NCBI GenBank assembly: GCA_963848045.1
Contig: CAWKCC010000002.1
Coordinates: 168,374 to 232,373, forward strand
Length of the DNA stretch: 64,000 nucleotides
Direction: 5' to 3'
DNA from: an uncultured Solirubrobacterales bacterium
GTDB taxonomy: Bacteria > Actinomycetota > Thermoleophilia > Solirubrobacterales > 70-9
Below are positions 55,935-64,000 of this stretch, one piece after another (position 1 is the stretch's first letter; each line of letters opens with the position of its first letter). A model generated the notes under the pieces. The model was not told where the DNA came from. It was given only the letters and a program-made list of their open reading frames with translations, and ran no database searches. A program made the position numbers and the translations under genes.

Positions 55935-56804
55935 CTAGCCGCGCCGGCGCAAGCGGCGGGCGAGCGAGTGCAACTCGTCGATCTCGTCGACGTGGATCTC
56001 GGCCCTGATGCCCGCGCCGGCCCTTCGGACCCGAACGTCGGCCCCTAGCGCCTCTCCGAGCTCGTCCTCGGCGTCGGTCAGAGCGGCGCGCTCCTCGGCG
56101 CTGATCCGGCCGCCCTTGGCGGGCTTGCGCTTCGCGCGCTTGGAGCTCGAACCTCGGGCCTTGTCCTCGGTCTCACGCACCGACCAGCCGGCGGCGGCGG
56201 CGCGGGCCGCGAGCTTGGAGCGCTGCCCCTGGTCGGAGACCTGGAGGATCGCGCGGCCGTGCCCCTCGGAGAGCTCTCCCCGCTCGAGCAGCGCCTGCGC
56301 GTCATCGGGCAGGTCGAGCAACCGCACGAGGTTGGAGATCGAGGCCCGGCTGCGCCCGACGCGGCGAGCGAGCTCCTCCTTTGAGATGCCGAGGTCGTCG
56401 ACGAGCGAGGCGCAGGCGCGCGCCTCCTCGACCGGGTTGAGGTCCTCGCGCACCATGTTCTCGATCAACGCCGCCTGCAGGCGCTCGTCCTCGGGCGAGC
56501 TGCGAACCACCGCCGGCACACGCTCGAGGCCGGCGATCTGCGCCGCGCGCCAGCGGCGCTCACCGGCGACCAACTCGAAGCGGCCATCGTCGAGCGGGCG
56601 CACGATCAGCGGCTGCAACAGGCCGGCTGAGGCGATCGAGCCCGCGAGCGCGTCGAGGGAGGCCCGCTCGAAATGCTTGCGGGGCTGGTCGGGGTTGGGC
56701 TCGATCTGCGCGATCGGCAACTCGCGCAGCTCGGGGCCGCCGGCGCCCGACTCGGGAAGGATCGCGGCGAGGCCGCGGCCCATCCCCCGCTTACGCTCGG
56801 CCAT
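55935..56804 (-). CDS. parB: Chromosome partitioning protein ParB
   Basis: GMGRGLAAILP, PNPDQPRKHF, LQPLIVRP, ELVAGERRWRAAQIAG, and an HTH region. Confidence 0.9.
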   Translation of the reverse strand: MAERKRGMGRGLAAILPESGAGGPELRELPIAQIEPNPDQPRKHFERASLDALAGSIASAGLLQPLIVRPLDDGRFELVAGERRWRAAQIAGLERVPAVVRSSPEDERLQAALIENMVREDLNPVEEARACASLVDDLGISKEELARRVGRSRASISNLVRLLDLPDDAQALLERGELSEGHGRAILQVSDQGQRSKLAARAAAAGWSVRETEDKARGSSSKRAKRKPAKGGRISAEERAALTDAEDELGEALGADVRVRRAGAGIRAEIHVDEIDELHSLARRLRRRG

Positions 56805-57555
56805 TGGCCGTCACCTCCTCGGCCAGCGCAAGGTAGGCCCGGGCGCCAGGCGATGCCGGGTCGTGCTCTCCCACGGGGACGCCGAAGCTGGGCGCCTCGG
56901 CAACCCTGATGTTGCGCGGAATCACGGTCCTGAAGACCTTTGCGGGCAGATGCTCGCGCAGGTCTCGCTCCACGTCTTGGGCGAGCCGCGTGCGGTCGTC
57001 GTGCATGGTGATCACCACGCCCGCCAGGGTCAGCCCCGGGTTCATCTCGCGCTGGACCAGCTTCAGGGTGTCGAGGAACTGCACCAGTCCCTCCAGCGCC
57101 AGGTACTCGGCCTGCACGGGGACGATCACCTGGTCGGCGGCGACCAGCGCGTTGACGGTCACCGGGCCGAGCGAGGGCGGGCAGTCGAGCAGCGTGTAGG
57201 CGAAGCGCTCGCGCACCGGGCCCAGCCCGTCGCGCAGGCGCGTCTCGAAATGATCGCTCCTGGGCAACTCCACGGAGGCGCCTGCGAGGTCGGCGCTGGC
57301 CGGGACGATCCAGAGGTTGTCGGGCCCCGCCGGCCGCGCCGCCTCGGCCACCGAGACCTCGCCGATCAGGCAGTCGTATGAGGAGGGCGACTGGTCCCTG
57401 GCGAACCCCAGCGCGACGGTGGCGTTGCACTGGGCGTCGAGGTCGACGATCAGGGTCTGCCGTCCGTCACGAGCGACGCAGGCGCCCATGTTCACGGTCG
57501 TGGTCGTCTTGCCGACCCCGCCCTTCTGGTTCGCGATCGCGTAGACGGCCCCCAT
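56791..57555 (-). CDS. parA: Chromosome partitioning ATPase ParA/Soj
   Basis: YAIANQKGGVGKTTTTVNMG deviant Walker A and LIVDLDAQCNAT. ATG at 57555 inside the longer track ORF. Confidence 0.9.
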   Translation of the reverse strand: MGAVYAIANQKGGVGKTTTTVNMGACVARDGRQTLIVDLDAQCNATVALGFARDQSPSSYDCLIGEVSVAEAARPAGPDNLWIVPASADLAGASVELPRSDHFETRLRDGLGPVRERFAYTLLDCPPSLGPVTVNALVAADQVIVPVQAEYLALEGLVQFLDTLKLVQREMNPGLTLAGVVITMHDDRTRLAQDVERDLREHLPAKVFRTVIPRNIRVAEAPSFGVPVGEHDPASPGARAYLALAEEVTANGRA

Positions 57556-57622
57556 CAGCGCCGCGCCCCGGAGGGTCGCTCGGAGCCGAACGAGCTTCGG
57601 TTGCGATTGTCGGCCGGAGGCG

Positions 57623-58324
57623 TCATTTCGTTTCGGAGCCGAACGGCCGCTTCGCCGCCATCCCGGCGCGGCGGGGAAGGTCGTTCGGAGTCGGCCCATT
57701 CTTGCGAAGCAGGTGGATGTGCCGGTCGCGGCTGCCCTCGTAGGGAGTGACGGCCGTCACCTCGACCGGCTCGACCGCCGTCCGGGTGGCCGCGGCGGCG
57801 GCCCTGCGCTCGTCGTCGGGGTCCCTGCGACCGCGCCAGGCCGCGAGCCAGCCGCCCTCCCGCAGCAGCGGCGAGGCCAGCTCCGCGAGCTCGGGCAGGC
57901 TGCCGACGGCTCGGGCTGTGACCACCTCGTAGGCCTCGCGGCCTCCCTGGCCGCAGGGACGGTCGCGAGCGGCCCAGTCCTCGGCCCGCTCGCAGACCAC
58001 CTCGACGTTGGCCAGCCCCATGCGCTCTATCACCTGGCGCTCGAAGCGGCACTTGCGCGCGGCGGACTCGATCAGGTCGACGCGGGCGCCGGGGAGCGCC
58101 GCGGCGAGCGGCAGGCCCGGCAGGCCGGCGCCGCTGCCGAGATCCGCGAGGCGGCGCGCCGCGCGCAGTTGCTCGAGCTCGAGACCCGCGAGCGAGTCGC
58201 GAATGTGTACGTCACGTGCCCGGGGGCGAGTGGATCGGGAGATCGGCGCGCCTGGCTCCTTGAGCATCTCCAGCAGAGCGTCGAGAGCCGGCGGCCAGGC
58301 TTCCGGCGCGGCGGCGGATGTCAA
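57623..58324 (-). CDS. rsmG: 16S rRNA (guanine527-N7)-methyltransferase
   Basis: HIRDSL, SAM motif LADLGSGAGLPGLPLA, and position between jag and parA. The TTG start overlaps the jag stop (TTGA). Confidence 0.85.
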   Translation of the reverse strand: MTSAAAPEAWPPALDALLEMLKEPGAPISRSTRPRARDVHIRDSLAGLELEQLRAARRLADLGSGAGLPGLPLAAALPGARVDLIESAARKCRFERQVIERMGLANVEVVCERAEDWAARDRPCGQGGREAYEVVTARAVGSLPELAELASPLLREGGWLAAWRGRRDPDDERRAAAAATRTAVEPVEVTAVTPYEGSRDRHIHLLRKNGPTPNDLPRRAGMAAKRPFGSETK

Positions 58325-58815
58325 TCGGCGAGCAGGGGGGCGACGACCACGAAGCGGTGCGGCTCATCACCCTCGCTGTAGGTCTCGACCTCGGTGCGGT
58401 CGCGAAGGTGCTCGTGCACGACGCGGCGCTCGTTGGAGCCCATTGACTCCATCTCGATCGCGCGGCCTTCGCGGATCGCGTCCTCAGCCGCGAGGTCGGC
58501 CTGCCTGCAAAGGGCCTCGCCCTGGCGCACGCGGTAGCCGGCCGCGTCGATCGTGACCCGCTTGCGGTCATGGTCCGCACCGCGGAAGGCCGCCTGGTAG
58601 CAGAGCAGCTGGACCGCGTCGATCGTCTGTCCGTGATGCCCGATCAGCAGGCCGACGTCGTCGCCATCGACATCGCCGCGGATCTCATCGTCATCCTCGC
58701 TGACCTCGACCCGGGCCTCGAGCTCCAGCTCGTCAACGAGACGCAGCAGTATCTCGCGCACGCGCTCGCTGGGCTCATCGGGCAAATCGGCGGTGTCGGC
58801 CGGGTGCTCGCTCAC
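58321..58815 (-). CDS. jag: Jag/SpoIIIJ-associated KH plus R3H RNA-binding protein
   Basis: KH-like GLLIGHHGQTIDAVQLL and R3H-like region MGSNERRVVHEHL. Conserved yidC-jag-rsmG context. Confidence 0.8.
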   Translation of the reverse strand: MSEHPADTADLPDEPSERVREILLRLVDELELEARVEVSEDDDEIRGDVDGDDVGLLIGHHGQTIDAVQLLCYQAAFRGADHDRKRVTIDAAGYRVRQGEALCRQADLAAEDAIREGRAIEMESMGSNERRVVHEHLRDRTEVETYSEGDEPHRFVVVAPLLAD

Positions 58816-58841
58816 GGCGCCAGTCTAGGGCTGGGCAGGAG

Positions 58842-59582
58842 CTAGCGCCGGCGCTTGCGCTTGCGCGGGGGAGGGGGCGGCGGCTTCGCTGCCTGCACCT
58901 CTTCGACGCTGGGAACCTCCTCGGCCGGGAAGAAGGTCTTGACCACGGCCTGCTGGCCCATCGTCCAGAAGTTGGTCGCGATCCAGTAGACGAGCAGGCC
59001 CGCCGGGAAGCCGATCATGATCGGCGTGAAGAGGAGCGGCAATCCCATCGCCAGCATGCGCTGCTGGGTGCTGGCGGTGCGGCCGGTCATGATCATGCCT
59101 GCGATCAAGGAGGTGCCGATGTACAGCACCAGCAGGATCATCAACGTGCTGCCGGCCGCCTTCTGGGTGATGTCGGGGATGAACAGCCATGCCTCCTCGC
59201 CGGCCGCCCGCACCTCGTCCTGGAAGGTGCTGCTCCGCAACAGGTAGAAGAGGGAGATGAAGATCGGCATCTGCAGCAGCAGCGGCAGGCACGACGCCAG
59301 CGGGTTGACGTTGTTCTCCTGGTACATCAGCATCATCTCTCGCTGCATGCGCTCGCGGTCGTCCTTGTAACGCGCCTGGATCGCCTTGATCTGCGGCTGC
59401 AGCGCCGAGAGGGCGCGCATCGAGCGGATCTGCTTGATCGAGAGCGGCAGGATCAGGGCCCGAACCAGGAAGGTGAGGCCCACGATCGCGGCGCCGTAGA
59501 CGAGCCCGATCGGGTCGTGCAGGAACTGGATCACCGAGTTGGCGATGTCGATCAGCGGCTGGAAGATGTTCGCGGTGATCAC
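58842..59582 (-). CDS. yidC: Membrane protein insertase YidC (short, Gram-positive type)
   Basis: LTFLVRALILPLSIKQIRSMRAL..LQPQIKAIQARYK, NPLASCLPLLLQMPIFISL, and a basic tail PPPPPPRKRKRRR. The GTG at 59582 overlaps the yidD stop (GTGA). Confidence 0.85.
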   Translation of the reverse strand: MITANIFQPLIDIANSVIQFLHDPIGLVYGAAIVGLTFLVRALILPLSIKQIRSMRALSALQPQIKAIQARYKDDRERMQREMMLMYQENNVNPLASCLPLLLQMPIFISLFYLLRSSTFQDEVRAAGEEAWLFIPDITQKAAGSTLMILLVLYIGTSLIAGMIMTGRTASTQQRMLAMGLPLLFTPIMIGFPAGLLVYWIATNFWTMGQQAVVKTFFPAEEVPSVEEVQAAKPPPPPPRKRKRRR

Positions 59583-59887
59583 GTGCGCACCCCTGCGGTA
59601 CGGCGCGGCCGCCCCGCCGACTCGCTCCGGCGCGTCGGGGCGGTTCGCGGCGCGAACAGCCTGCGGTCGCAGACGTCGTCGATGCCCCCCCTGCTGAAGG
59701 GGTTGCAGCGCAGCAGCCGCCAGCCGGCGAGAATCGAGCCCCGGATCGGGCCGAGCTCCGTGATCGCCTCGGCCGCGTAGGCGGAGCAGGTGGGGTGATA
59801 GCGGCAGCGAGGAGGCAATCCGGGGGAGATCCAGCGTTGGTAGGCGCGGATCAGGGCAAGCAGGGGCGCGCTGAGCATCCGTTTCAC
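59579..59887 (-). CDS. yidD: Membrane protein insertion efficiency factor YidD
   Basis: LIRAYQRWISPGLPPRCRYHPTCSAYAAEAI...G...LRCNPF..GG.D. The GTG at 59887 overlaps the rnpA stop (GTGA). An ATG at 59878 is an alternative. Confidence 0.8.
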   Translation of the reverse strand: MKRMLSAPLLALIRAYQRWISPGLPPRCRYHPTCSAYAAEAITELGPIRGSILAGWRLLRCNPFSRGGIDDVCDRRLFAPRTAPTRRSESAGRPRRTAGVRT

Positions 59888-60279
59888 GACAAACGCTCCC
59901 CATCGCCCAGCAGCTCCGCGAGGCACTCCCGAACACCGCTCGCACCCTCGCGCTGGACCAGGTCCTCGACCCCGGGCCGGGCCACGATCACGTAGTCGTT
60001 GCTCGTGGCCGGCAGGCCCTCCGCGAGCTCCCAGAAGGCCTCTCGCACCGCGCGCTTCACCTTGTTGCGCTGCACGGCCTTGCCGATCCGGCGGCCGACC
60101 GAGATCCCGAGACGCGGTGAACGGCCCGGGGACGATGGATGGGGTCTGGCGAACGAGTGGACGACGAGATACCGGTTGCCCTTGGAGCTTCCCTCCCGGT
60201 AGACGCGATCGAAGTCGCCGCTTCGCGACAGGCGCCGGCGGCGCGGCGGTTGCGCATCGGGGCGGGGCTCATCGGCCAA
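59884..60279 (-). CDS. rnpA: RNase P protein component
   Basis: RLSRSGDFDRVYREG, LGISVGRRIGKAVQRNKVKRAVRE (RNR motif region). TTG start 3 nt after the rpmH stop. Confidence 0.85.
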   Translation of the reverse strand: MADEPRPDAQPPRRRRLSRSGDFDRVYREGSSKGNRYLVVHSFARPHPSSPGRSPRLGISVGRRIGKAVQRNKVKRAVREAFWELAEGLPATSNDYVIVARPGVEDLVQREGASGVRECLAELLGDGERLS

Positions 60280-60282
60280 TGG

Positions 60283-60417
60283 TCAGGGAGTGAGGCGCTT
60301 GCGGCCCTTTTGCCGGCGGCGCCTGAGGATCGCTCGGCCCGACCGGGTCCGGCTGCGGGCCCTGAAGCCGTGTGTTCGCGCTCGCTTGCGCTTCTTGGGC
60401 TGGTAGGTGCGCTTCAT
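60283..60417 (-). CDS. rpmH: 50S ribosomal protein L34
   Basis: [47 protein letters not shown] at 60417 with GAGGAG upstream. Confidence 0.9.
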   Translation of the reverse strand: MKRTYQPKKRKRARTHGFRARSRTRSGRAILRRRRQKGRKRLTP

Positions 60418-60458
60418 CTTCTCCTCGTGGGCAGCCGGGTTGCCCGGGCGGGACGGCA

Positions 60459-60464
60459 GTATAG
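60459..60464 (-). promoter_or_regulatory. Candidate -10 (TATACT) for rpmH-rnpA-yidD-yidC
   Basis: TATACT on the - strand, ~40 nt upstream of the rpmH ATG. Confidence 0.3.
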
Positions 60465-60579
60465 GGCGTGAGCGGCAGCCTCCCATCGCGACTCCCCGCG
60501 GTCCGGGCTCGTCCACGTTTTCACCGCGAAATGCGTCCGCTGCGCAGTTCGCCCGCGTCGAGATGGGCCAAGGCGAGAC

Positions 60580-60585
60580 TATGAT
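60580..60585 (+). promoter_or_regulatory. Candidate -10 (TATGAT) for dnaA
   Basis: TATGAT lies 50 nt upstream of the dnaA ATG. Confidence 0.25.
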
Positions 60586-60635
60586 CGCCGCTCCGAGAGT
60601 TCGTCGAGGCCGGGCTCGCAGACCGATGGAGGAGG

Positions 60636-62009
60636 ATGAACAAGCTTCCGGCGCGAGCCGACGATGTCGTGCGCGATGATCTCGATGCTGTTTGGCGGAG
60701 CGTCCAGCCGCACCTCCGCGCTTCTGTGCCCGAGCCCACCTATCGCCTCTGGTTCGAGCCCCTGCGGCCGGCCGGCTGCCGCGGCAGGACGCTGTTCCTG
60801 ACCGGCCCCGAGCGCAACCGGCGCTGGGTCGCCAAGCGCTATCCCGAGTTGCTGCGCGCCGCCCTGCAGCGGACCGATACGCCCCTGGGCGAGGTGGAGT
60901 TCGCCGCCGAGGGCGACGCGCGCCGGGGCGCCACGAGCGCCGCAGAGGAGGCCGCCGGCACCCGCCTCAACCCCGGCTACAGCTTCGAGCGCTTCGTGAT
61001 CGGCCCCGGCAATCGCCTGGCGCATGCGGCCGCGCTGGCCGTCGCCGAGGCCCCGGGGGAGGCCTACAACCCCCTCTTCCTGCACGGGCCGCCGGGCCTC
61101 GGAAAGACCCACCTGCTCGGCGCCATCTCCTCGTACCTGCACGAGCACAGCCCGGACCTCGACGTCCACTACACCACCGCCGAGAGCTTCACGAACGAGT
61201 TCGTCACCTGCCTCAAGGCAAAGGGAACCGAGGCCTTCAAGCAGCGCTACCGCCGAGCCGACGTGCTGCTGATCGACGACGTCCAGTTCCTCGAGGGCAA
61301 GCCGCGCACCGGCGACGAGTTCTTCCACACCTTCAACGCGCTCTACGAGAACGGCGCCCAGATCGTGCTCACCGCCGACCGCATGCCGAGCGAGCTGACT
61401 GAGCTGGCCGAGCGCCTGCGCCAGCGCTTCGAATGGGGTCTCGCCGCCACACTGGAGCCGCCTGACCTCTCGACCCGCCTCCTTTTCGCGGGCAACTTGG
61501 TGCGCGAGCGACGCATCGACCAGATCGGTCCCGACGCCCTGCGCTCGATCGCCTCGCGAGCCGCGGCCAATCTGCGCCTGCTCGAGGGCGCGCTGACGCG
61601 GGTGCTCGCTCTCGCCTCACTGAGCTCGGCGCCCGTCACCGCCGAAACCATCGACCAAGCCCTTCCCCCGCAGCTATCCGGCGCCGCAAACCAGCCCCTC
61701 GATATCGAGCGAATTCAGGCCGCGGTCGCGGAGCGCTTCGACGTCAGCCTCGAGGCGCTGCTCTCGCCCAGCCGCGTCGCGGCTGTGGCGAGGGCGCGGC
61801 AGCTCGCCATGTACCTCTCCCGCGAGCTCACCGATCAGTCGCTGCCGGCCATCGCGCGCGCCTTCAACCGCCGCGATCACACCACCGTCATACATGCGAT
61901 CAGGAGGGTCGAGCACCGCACAACCGAGGACCCGCGCCTTTCGCGGCAGCTCGAGTCCCTCTCGCTCACCCTGCGAGAGGAGGCGATCGATCGTGACCGA
62001 ACCGATTGA
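60636..62009 (+). CDS. dnaA: Chromosomal replication initiator DnaA
   Basis: [31 protein letters not shown], Walker [26 protein letters not shown], and C-terminal box-binding domain [37 protein letters not shown]. Confidence 0.95.
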   Translation: MNKLPARADDVVRDDLDAVWRSVQPHLRASVPEPTYRLWFEPLRPAGCRGRTLFLTGPERNRRWVAKRYPELLRAALQRTDTPLGEVEFAAEGDARRGATSAAEEAAGTRLNPGYSFERFVIGPGNRLAHAAALAVAEAPGEAYNPLFLHGPPGLGKTHLLGAISSYLHEHSPDLDVHYTTAESFTNEFVTCLKAKGTEAFKQRYRRADVLLIDDVQFLEGKPRTGDEFFHTFNALYENGAQIVLTADRMPSELTELAERLRQRFEWGLAATLEPPDLSTRLLFAGNLVRERRIDQIGPDALRSIASRAAANLRLLEGALTRVLALASLSSAPVTAETIDQALPPQLSGAANQPLDIERIQAAVAERFDVSLEALLSPSRVAAVARARQLAMYLSRELTDQSLPAIARAFNRRDHTTVIHAIRRVEHRTTEDPRLSRQLESLSLTLREEAIDRDRTD

Positions 62010-62019
62010 GAGAATCACC

Positions 62020-62046
62020 TTCTCCACATATCCACCCCGCCCACAG
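62020..62046. promoter_or_regulatory. Cluster of DnaA-box-like 9-mers in the dnaA-dnaN spacer (candidate oriC element)
   Basis: TTCTCCACA (62020-62028, 1 mismatch to TTGTCCACA/TTATCCACA). ATATCCACC (62028-62036) is next, then a weaker CCGCCCACA (62037-62045), all in the same orientation. The comparatively AT-rich stretch CTTACTACTACTGATCTCCAAGCAATCAACCAG follows. Confidence 0.4.
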
Positions 62047-62081
62047 CCCTTACTACTACTGATCTCCAAGCAATCAACCAG

Positions 62082-63188
62082 ATGAAGCTGAAGACCACAA
62101 GACAATCGCTGCTCGACTGCCTGCTGGTGGTCTCCCGCGCCGTCTCCGCCCGCGCCGCGCTCCAGGCTCTCTCCGGGATACACCTCTCCTCCGAGGGCGG
62201 CGCACCTCGCCTTCGCGCCACGGACATGGAGCTCGGCCTCGACGTGGCGCTGGACGGCCAGCTCGACGGCTCGGGCGCGGCGGTGATACCCGGCCGCCTG
62301 CTGGTCGAGGTCGCGCGCTCACTCCCCGATGGCGAGGTGACGCTGGAGGTGCGCGAGTCCGAGCGCGACGTGGAGATCATGGCCGGGACCGCCCGCTTTC
62401 ACCTGCGGACCCTCTCCGCGGAGGATTTCCCCCGCTTTCCCGAGACGGAGGGTGACCCGGTGGAGCTTCCGGCCCAGGCCCTGCAGGAGACGATCGCTCG
62501 CGTGGCCCGGGCAGCCTCGCGGGACGAGGCCCGCCCCGTCCTGACGGGCGTGCTGGTCACGGCCGACGGCGACCAGCTGACCATGGTTGCAACCGATTCC
62601 TACCGCCTCGCGGTGAAGCGCACGGCCCTCGATTCGGCGGTACAGGAGTCGCTGGAGGCCAACATCCCGGCCCGGGCCCTGCGCGAGCTGGCGCGGCTGC
62701 TCGAGGTCGACCTCCAGCAGCCGTTGCGCGTCTGGCTGACGCGCAACCAGGCGCTGTTTCGTGTGGGGGAGACGGCGCTCAGCTCGCGCCTGATCGACGG
62801 GCAGTTCCCCAGCTACCGCCAGCTCCTCCCGGAATCCTACGACCACGAGGTCAAGCTGCCCCGCGTCGAGTTGCTGGACGTGGTGCGCCGGGTCTCGCAG
62901 CTCGCCCAGCGCAACGCGGCGCTGCGCATGTCCTTCTCCGAAGGCGAGTTGGTGGTCTCGGCGGAGACTCCCGACCTCGGAGACGCGCGCGAGGCCATGC
63001 CGGCGCCCTACTCCGGTGAGCTGCTCGAGATCGGCTTCAATCCGGAGTTCGTCCGCGATGGCCTGGAGAGCATCGACGAGGACGAGGTCGTGCTGAAGCT
63101 GATCTCGCCACTGCGGCCCGGGCTGATCGAGCCGGCGGGCTCTGACGACTTCAGCTATCTCGTGATGCCGATCCGGCTCAACGTCTAG
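62082..63188 (+). CDS. dnaN: DNA polymerase III beta sliding clamp
   Basis: MKLKTTRQSLLD, three-domain length (368 aa), ATDSYRLA, LIDGQFPSYRQLLP, and LVMPIRL at the C-terminus. Confidence 0.95.
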   Translation: MKLKTTRQSLLDCLLVVSRAVSARAALQALSGIHLSSEGGAPRLRATDMELGLDVALDGQLDGSGAAVIPGRLLVEVARSLPDGEVTLEVRESERDVEIMAGTARFHLRTLSAEDFPRFPETEGDPVELPAQALQETIARVARAASRDEARPVLTGVLVTADGDQLTMVATDSYRLAVKRTALDSAVQESLEANIPARALRELARLLEVDLQQPLRVWLTRNQALFRVGETALSSRLIDGQFPSYRQLLPESYDHEVKLPRVELLDVVRRVSQLAQRNAALRMSFSEGELVVSAETPDLGDAREAMPAPYSGELLEIGFNPEFVRDGLESIDEDEVVLKLISPLRPGLIEPAGSDDFSYLVMPIRLNV

Positions 63189-63198
63189 GCGCCCGGCG

Positions 63199-64000
63199 AT
63201 GGACGTCGCCGCGCTCGAGCCTCGAGGGTTCCGCAACCTCGCGGACAGGCCGGTGGCCCTGGGCCCGGCGATCGTGATATTGCACGGTTCGAACGGTGCG
63301 GGCAAGACGAATCTGCTCGAGGCCGTCTACTTCGGCCTCGTCAACCGCTCGTTTCGAAGTGGTCCCGCCCGCGATGTGATCCGCCACGGCGAGCCATCGG
63401 CCCGGGTTGAGCTGGAGCTCGGACCAGAGCCAGACGGCCACCGCGGCTCGCGACTGCTGGCCGCCCTCGATCGCAGCGGCGAGCGCAGGCACCGCCTCGA
63501 TGGGCGCACTCTGACCCAGGGGGGCGGCGACCGGCCCCTGGTCAGCGTCTTCCATCCCGACCGCCTGCAGCTGATCAAGGGTCCGGCCGCGCACCGACGC
63601 TCGCACCTCGATCGCCTCGTAGCTGCGCTGTGGCCGGCCAGGGCCTCGTTGCGAGCCCGCTACGGGCGCACGCTCGCGCAGCGAAACGCCCTGCTCTCGC
63701 GCATTCGGGCTGGGCTCGCTGGTGACGATGCGCTTCCTGCCTGGGACGAGCGGCTGGCCGAGGAGGCCTCCCCGCTGATCGCCGCTCGCGCCGAGGCGAT
63801 CGAGCGTCTCGCACCGCGCTTCGCCGAGCTCGCGGCATCGCTGGGGCTGGATTCGGCCGCGCTCGAGTACCGCCCCCGCCATGCGGGCGAGAGCAGCGAG
63901 CTCGCTGCGGAGCTCGCTGCGCGCCGCTCGCGCGACCTCGGTCGCGCCTACACCTCCTATGGCCCCCAGCTCGACGAGGTGGAGCTGCGGCTCGGGGGCC
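63199..64000 (+). CDS. recF: DNA replication and repair protein RecF (3' end outside window)
   Basis: The frame is open from ATG 63199 to the window end, so it is not in the ORF track. LEPRGFRNL, Walker A LHGSNGAGKTNLLEAVYF, then RRSHLDRLV and ALLSR blocks. Canonical dnaA-dnaN-recF order. Confidence 0.85.
   Translation, partial: MDVAALEPRGFRNLADRPVALGPAIVILHGSNGAGKTNLLEAVYFGLVNRSFRSGPARDVIRHGEPSARVELELGPEPDGHRGSRLLAALDRSGERRHRLDGRTLTQGGGDRPLVSVFHPDRLQLIKGPAAHRRSHLDRLVAALWPARASLRARYGRTLAQRNALLSRIRAGLAGDDALPAWDERLAEEASPLIAARAEAIERLAPRFAELAASLGLDSAALEYRPRHAGESSELAAELAARRSRDLGRAYTSYGPQLDEVELRLGG

Noticed and set aside
59880-59895. parS-like 16-mer cGTTTCACGacAAACg inside the rnpA/yidD junction
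   Set aside because: Only 12 of 16 positions match TGTTTCACGTGAAACA, and the two central mismatches destroy the palindrome. I found no better parS by eye near parAB, so no parS is called.
63178-63882. 234-aa - strand ORF at the right edge
   Set aside because: It is antisense to recF, whose Walker A and family blocks are clear on the + strand.

Overview
This is a very GC-rich bacterial chromosomal segment. Gene content looks actinobacterial: a class A PBP, GT-C/DUF2029-like membrane glycosyltransferases, an MprAB-PepD-like two-component/HtrA module, and OtsA. Several operon architectures look Firmicute-like: qcrABC with a subunit-IV/cytochrome-c fusion, menG-hepT, a DnaI/DnaC-like gene after dnaB, and ymdB. 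All family assignments come from reading the translations; no database search was run.

Layout:
- (a) 1-20.3 kb, mostly + strand housekeeping: PBP fragment, thiL, response regulator/histidine kinase/HtrA, an IMPase-family gene, treT+otsA, rpsF-ssb-rpsR-rplI-dnaB, a DnaC/DnaI-like ATPase, and purA.
- (b) 20.3-29.5 kb, the only accessory-looking block, on the - strand. It holds a nucleotide-sugar dehydrogenase and two ~885-aa paralogous secreted alpha/beta-hydrolase-like proteins. These flank a small secreted protein that ends in an extreme poly-lysine/cysteine tail. A frameshifted SnoaL-like gene and tRNA-Lys(CUU) follow.
- (c) 29.6-43 kb, a long - strand run: tatA-tatC, dcd, hepT-menG, qcrCBA, hemL, a fused AhbA/AhbB-like siroheme decarboxylase, hemB, and an ABC-2 exporter.
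- (d) 43-55.6 kb, envelope and miscellaneous genes: ymdB, a PepSY/GT-C protein, GtrA, an AP-superfamily phosphodiesterase, a bifunctional nuclease, MFS, MaoC, a sulfatase, an alpha/beta-hydrolase with a degenerate catalytic triad, and LuxR.
- (e) The canonical origin neighbourhood: tRNA-Ile, parB-parA-rsmG-jag-yidC-yidD-rnpA-rpmH (- strand) diverging from dnaA-dnaN-recF (+ strand; recF runs off the window).

No rRNA, CRISPR array, transposase or integrase was seen. Many long ORF-track entries are Arg/Gly/Ala-rich wrong-frame or antisense artefacts typical of high-GC DNA and were not called.

The most interesting candidate for something undescribed is the secreted three-gene module at 22.4-29.0 kb with its lysine-only (all AAG) tail. 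Other items worth a second look:
- the DnaC/DnaI-like loader coupled to dnaB
- the AhbAB-like gene inside a hem cluster
- a catalytically dead alpha/beta-hydrolase next to a LuxR regulator
- an IMPase-family gene that needs a non-canonical start
- the head-on orientation of the rpsF-dnaB block relative to the dnaA-proximal origin
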